Below are positions 61,697 through 64,000 of a DNA stretch of 64,000 bases, piece after piece. Source of the stretch: Bdellovibrionota bacterium (GTDB lineage Bacteria; Bdellovibrionota_C; UBA2361; JBIKUX01); assembly GCA_044347345.1 (NCBI GenBank), contig JBIKUX010000002.1, positions 64,001-128,000 on the forward strand. The letters run 5' to 3'. Under the pieces are notes generated by a model. That model saw only the letters and a list, made by a program, of their open reading frames with translations. It did not search any database and had not been told where the DNA came from. The position numbers and the translations under genes were made by a program. Numbering within the stretch: position 1 is the first letter of the stretch; every line of letters starts with the position of its first letter.

Positions 61697-62722
61697 CTAA
61701 TTCGGCGATAAAAATGACTGCCTAAGATTAAAAGTACTATGCGACTTACTAATAAGTTGTTCAGCCTCGCTAAAATTAAGAGTTTGCTGTCCATCCGATT
61801 TAGCTCGCTCTGGTATTGGATGAATTTCGGCAAGAATACCATCTGCTCCTGCCATGATAGCCGCTAAACTAATAGCTTCGACAAATCGTCTTGTTCCAAC
61901 ACCGTGAGACGGGTCGACAATAACAGGCAAATGACTTTTTTCTTTAAGTACAGGTATAGCATTTATATCGAGAGTATTACGATAGGCCGTTTCATAAGTA
62001 CGAATACCTCTTTCACATAATAAAATTCGCTCATTTCCATTTGAGAATATGTACTCTGCTGACTGAAGTAATTCCTCTATTGTTCCAGACATGCCTCTTT
62101 TCAGCAAAACAGGTAATCGGCTTTTTCCTAACTCATGGAGTAAACTAAAATTTTGCGAATTTCGCGCCCCAACCTGAAAAATATCAATAAATGATTCCAT
62201 AATTCCAACTTGTGAGGGCTCAAGAACTTCAGATATTACCTTGAGATTAAAACGATCAGCCACTGAACGTAAAAGCTCAAGCCCTTCTACTCCCATGCCT
62301 TGAAAGGAATAAGGTGAAGAACGTGGCTTAAAAGCTCCTCCTCGTAAAATATGCACGCCCTGACTGCTTATAAACTTGGCGACTTCGACTAACTGCTCCT
62401 CGCTCTCAACTGAACAAGGGCCAAGCATCAGAGTAAAACTACCTTCTCCTATACTTTGACTAATACCAATATCAATTATTGTTGGGTTAACTCGCCATTT
62501 CCGCGATACAAGCTGATAAGGATCATCCACAATGAAGACATCTAACACCCCTGGGAGTACTCCAATTTGACGAATATCAAAATTCTTGAGATTACCAAGA
62601 GCTACAAGATAACATCCAGAGTTTGTACGCACAGAACGAGCCGATAATCCGAATTCAGCTAACAATTCTCGTACTCGTTCTTCTTGTTCAAAAGATGCAT
62701 CTGAATTTAATAAAATTATCAT
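61697..62722 (-). CDS. aroF: DAHP synthase type I-beta with N-terminal regulatory domain
   Basis: GPCSVE, RGGAFKPRSSPYSFQG, GARN, LCERGIR, DPSHG. Confidence 0.95.
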   Translation of the reverse strand: MIILLNSDASFEQEERVRELLAEFGLSARSVRTNSGCYLVALGNLKNFDIRQIGVLPGVLDVFIVDDPYQLVSRKWRVNPTIIDIGISQSIGEGSFTLMLGPCSVESEEQLVEVAKFISSQGVHILRGGAFKPRSSPYSFQGMGVEGLELLRSVADRFNLKVISEVLEPSQVGIMESFIDIFQVGARNSQNFSLLHELGKSRLPVLLKRGMSGTIEELLQSAEYIFSNGNERILLCERGIRTYETAYRNTLDINAIPVLKEKSHLPVIVDPSHGVGTRRFVEAISLAAIMAGADGILAEIHPIPERAKSDGQQTLNFSEAEQLISKSHSTFNLRQSFLSPN

Positions 62723-62743
62723 ACACAGTTAAATTAATTGTAA

Positions 62744-63532
62744 TCAGTGCCTATTTGTTAAAGGATTTCTTTCTTTTACAAACTTCTCAATCATCTCGAT
62801 ATTCGCGCCATGAGCTTCAAGCTGTCTTATAAAGGCACTACCAATAACAACGCCCTCTGCAACTGAAAATACAGCTTGAACCTGCTCTCGTTCACTAATT
62901 CCAAATCCCACCAATCTAGTGACATTAGGAGCACAACAAGATACTCGCTCCATATATTCAAACTCTCGAGTAGACAAAACAAAACTCCCACCCGTTACGC
63001 CAAAGGATGATACTAAGTATAACAGACCAGGAGAAATATCAGCATATTCCCTTATACGTTCATTACTGGTAGTCGGACTAACTATTGGTACAATAGGCAA
63101 CCTATCTTTCACCAATATTTCACTGTACGAACGTTTGAATTCTTCTAACGGCAAATCTGGAAGAATAACCCCATCAACTCCAGCACTCATCGAATCATCG
63201 GCAAACCGACCTACACCGTACTGATAAACAGTGTTAATACTTCCCATTAAAAGTATTGGTGTTTGATGACGTAAACGAAAAGAAATTACCGAGTCTAATA
63301 TTTGTGACAAAGTCACTCCATTACTTATCGCTCGGTTACTACTAGCCTGAATAGTCGGGCCATCTGCTATTGGATCAGAAAAAGGCATTCCTAGTTCAAT
63401 TAAATCAACTCCAGAATTAGCTAAAGCAGACAGTACCGTAAGTGTATCATTTAAATTAGGAAATCCAGCCGTATAAAAAACAGAAAAGATCTTGGGCAGT
63501 TTTAAAATATTAGAGAGTCTATCAGATGGCAT
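62744..63532 (-). CDS. trpA: Tryptophan synthase alpha chain
   Basis: ELGMPFSDPIADGPTIQ, ILPDLP, YLVSSFGVTG, VGFGI, IGSA. Confidence 0.96.
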   Translation of the reverse strand: MPSDRLSNILKLPKIFSVFYTAGFPNLNDTLTVLSALANSGVDLIELGMPFSDPIADGPTIQASSNRAISNGVTLSQILDSVISFRLRHQTPILLMGSINTVYQYGVGRFADDSMSAGVDGVILPDLPLEEFKRSYSEILVKDRLPIVPIVSPTTSNERIREYADISPGLLYLVSSFGVTGGSFVLSTREFEYMERVSCCAPNVTRLVGFGISEREQVQAVFSVAEGVVIGSAFIRQLEAHGANIEMIEKFVKERNPLTNRH

Positions 63533-63540
63533 ATTGGCTA

Positions 63541-64000
63541 TTATTTCTCCAAGTTATTTTCAAAATGAGAAAGATAGGTCTGCATATCTTTCTCACCATC
63601 ACCGCTCAAGCAAAGTACTATAACTTCATCACTATGGCGCGGGACTTTTGGTAAATAAGCCAAAGCATGCGCAGTTTCAAGAGCCGGAATTATTCCTTCC
63701 AGTTTTGCCAAAAGTGCCGCTGCTGAAAGAGCTTCATTATCTGTTACCGACACATACTTTACTCTTTCTGTAGCATGAAGATAAGCATGCTGCGGGCCTA
63801 TACCAGGATAATCAAGACCAGCTGAAATAGAATGAGCTTCTTCAATTTGCCCATCACTTGTTTGCATAACAACAGTTTTACATCCATGAAGAATCCCCAC
63901 CTTACCTAAAGCAAGAGTAGCGGCAGACTTGCCGGATTCTACTCCCTCTCCAGCTGCCTCAACTCCTATTAGACGAACGGAACTATCATCAATAAAATGG
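63541..64000 (-). CDS. trpB: Tryptophan synthase beta chain, C-terminal part
   Basis: [41 protein letters not shown]; frame continues past the window edge. Confidence 0.96.
   Translation of the reverse strand, partial: HFIDDSSVRLIGVEAAGEGVESGKSAATLALGKVGILHGCKTVVMQTSDGQIEEAHSISAGLDYPGIGPQHAYLHATERVKYVSVTDNEALSAAALLAKLEGIIPALETAHALAYLPKVPRHSDEVIVLCLSGDGEKDMQTYLSHFENNLEK

Noticed and set aside
1429..63224. Many 60-130 aa ORFs nested in or antisense to recognised genes
   Set aside because: Overlap well-supported CDSs with no motif or RBS support

Overview
AT-rich bacterial chromosomal window (GC not computed). Gene content suggests a 'deltaproteobacterial'-type lineage (Bdellovibrionota/Myxococcota/Desulfobacterota-like); this is inference from DUF6178, pilGHI-like ABC genes, HDOD proteins and gyrA-gpsA adjacency. 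Most of the window is housekeeping: infC, fumC, folK, tadA, rlmH, uvrD/pcrA, rlmE, mlaEFDC, pilD, hisC/hisN, ettA, recJ, ctaB, gpsA, gyrA, pepA, aroF, trpA and partial trpB, plus tRNA-Arg(ACG) and tRNA-Ser(GGA). I saw no CRISPR array, integrase, transposase or phage genes. Most interesting: (1) a divergent four-gene acyl-building module (atypical LeuA-like synthase + ACP // SDR + AMP-ligase) between tadA and flgM; (2) a ~479-aa orphan HExxH protein split by a +1 frameshift at an A6 tract, next to a decayed gene bracketed by 18-bp direct repeats; (3) a palindromic pair of perfect DnaA boxes beside an AT-rich tract between uvrD and rlmE; (4) several signalling proteins with substituted catalytic residues; (5) a DUF58-transglutaminase-TPR-MoxR operon; (6) candidate structured RNA leaders; (7) a Bacteroidota-like trpB-trpA-aroF block. 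All calls rest on motif recognition by eye; no searches were run.
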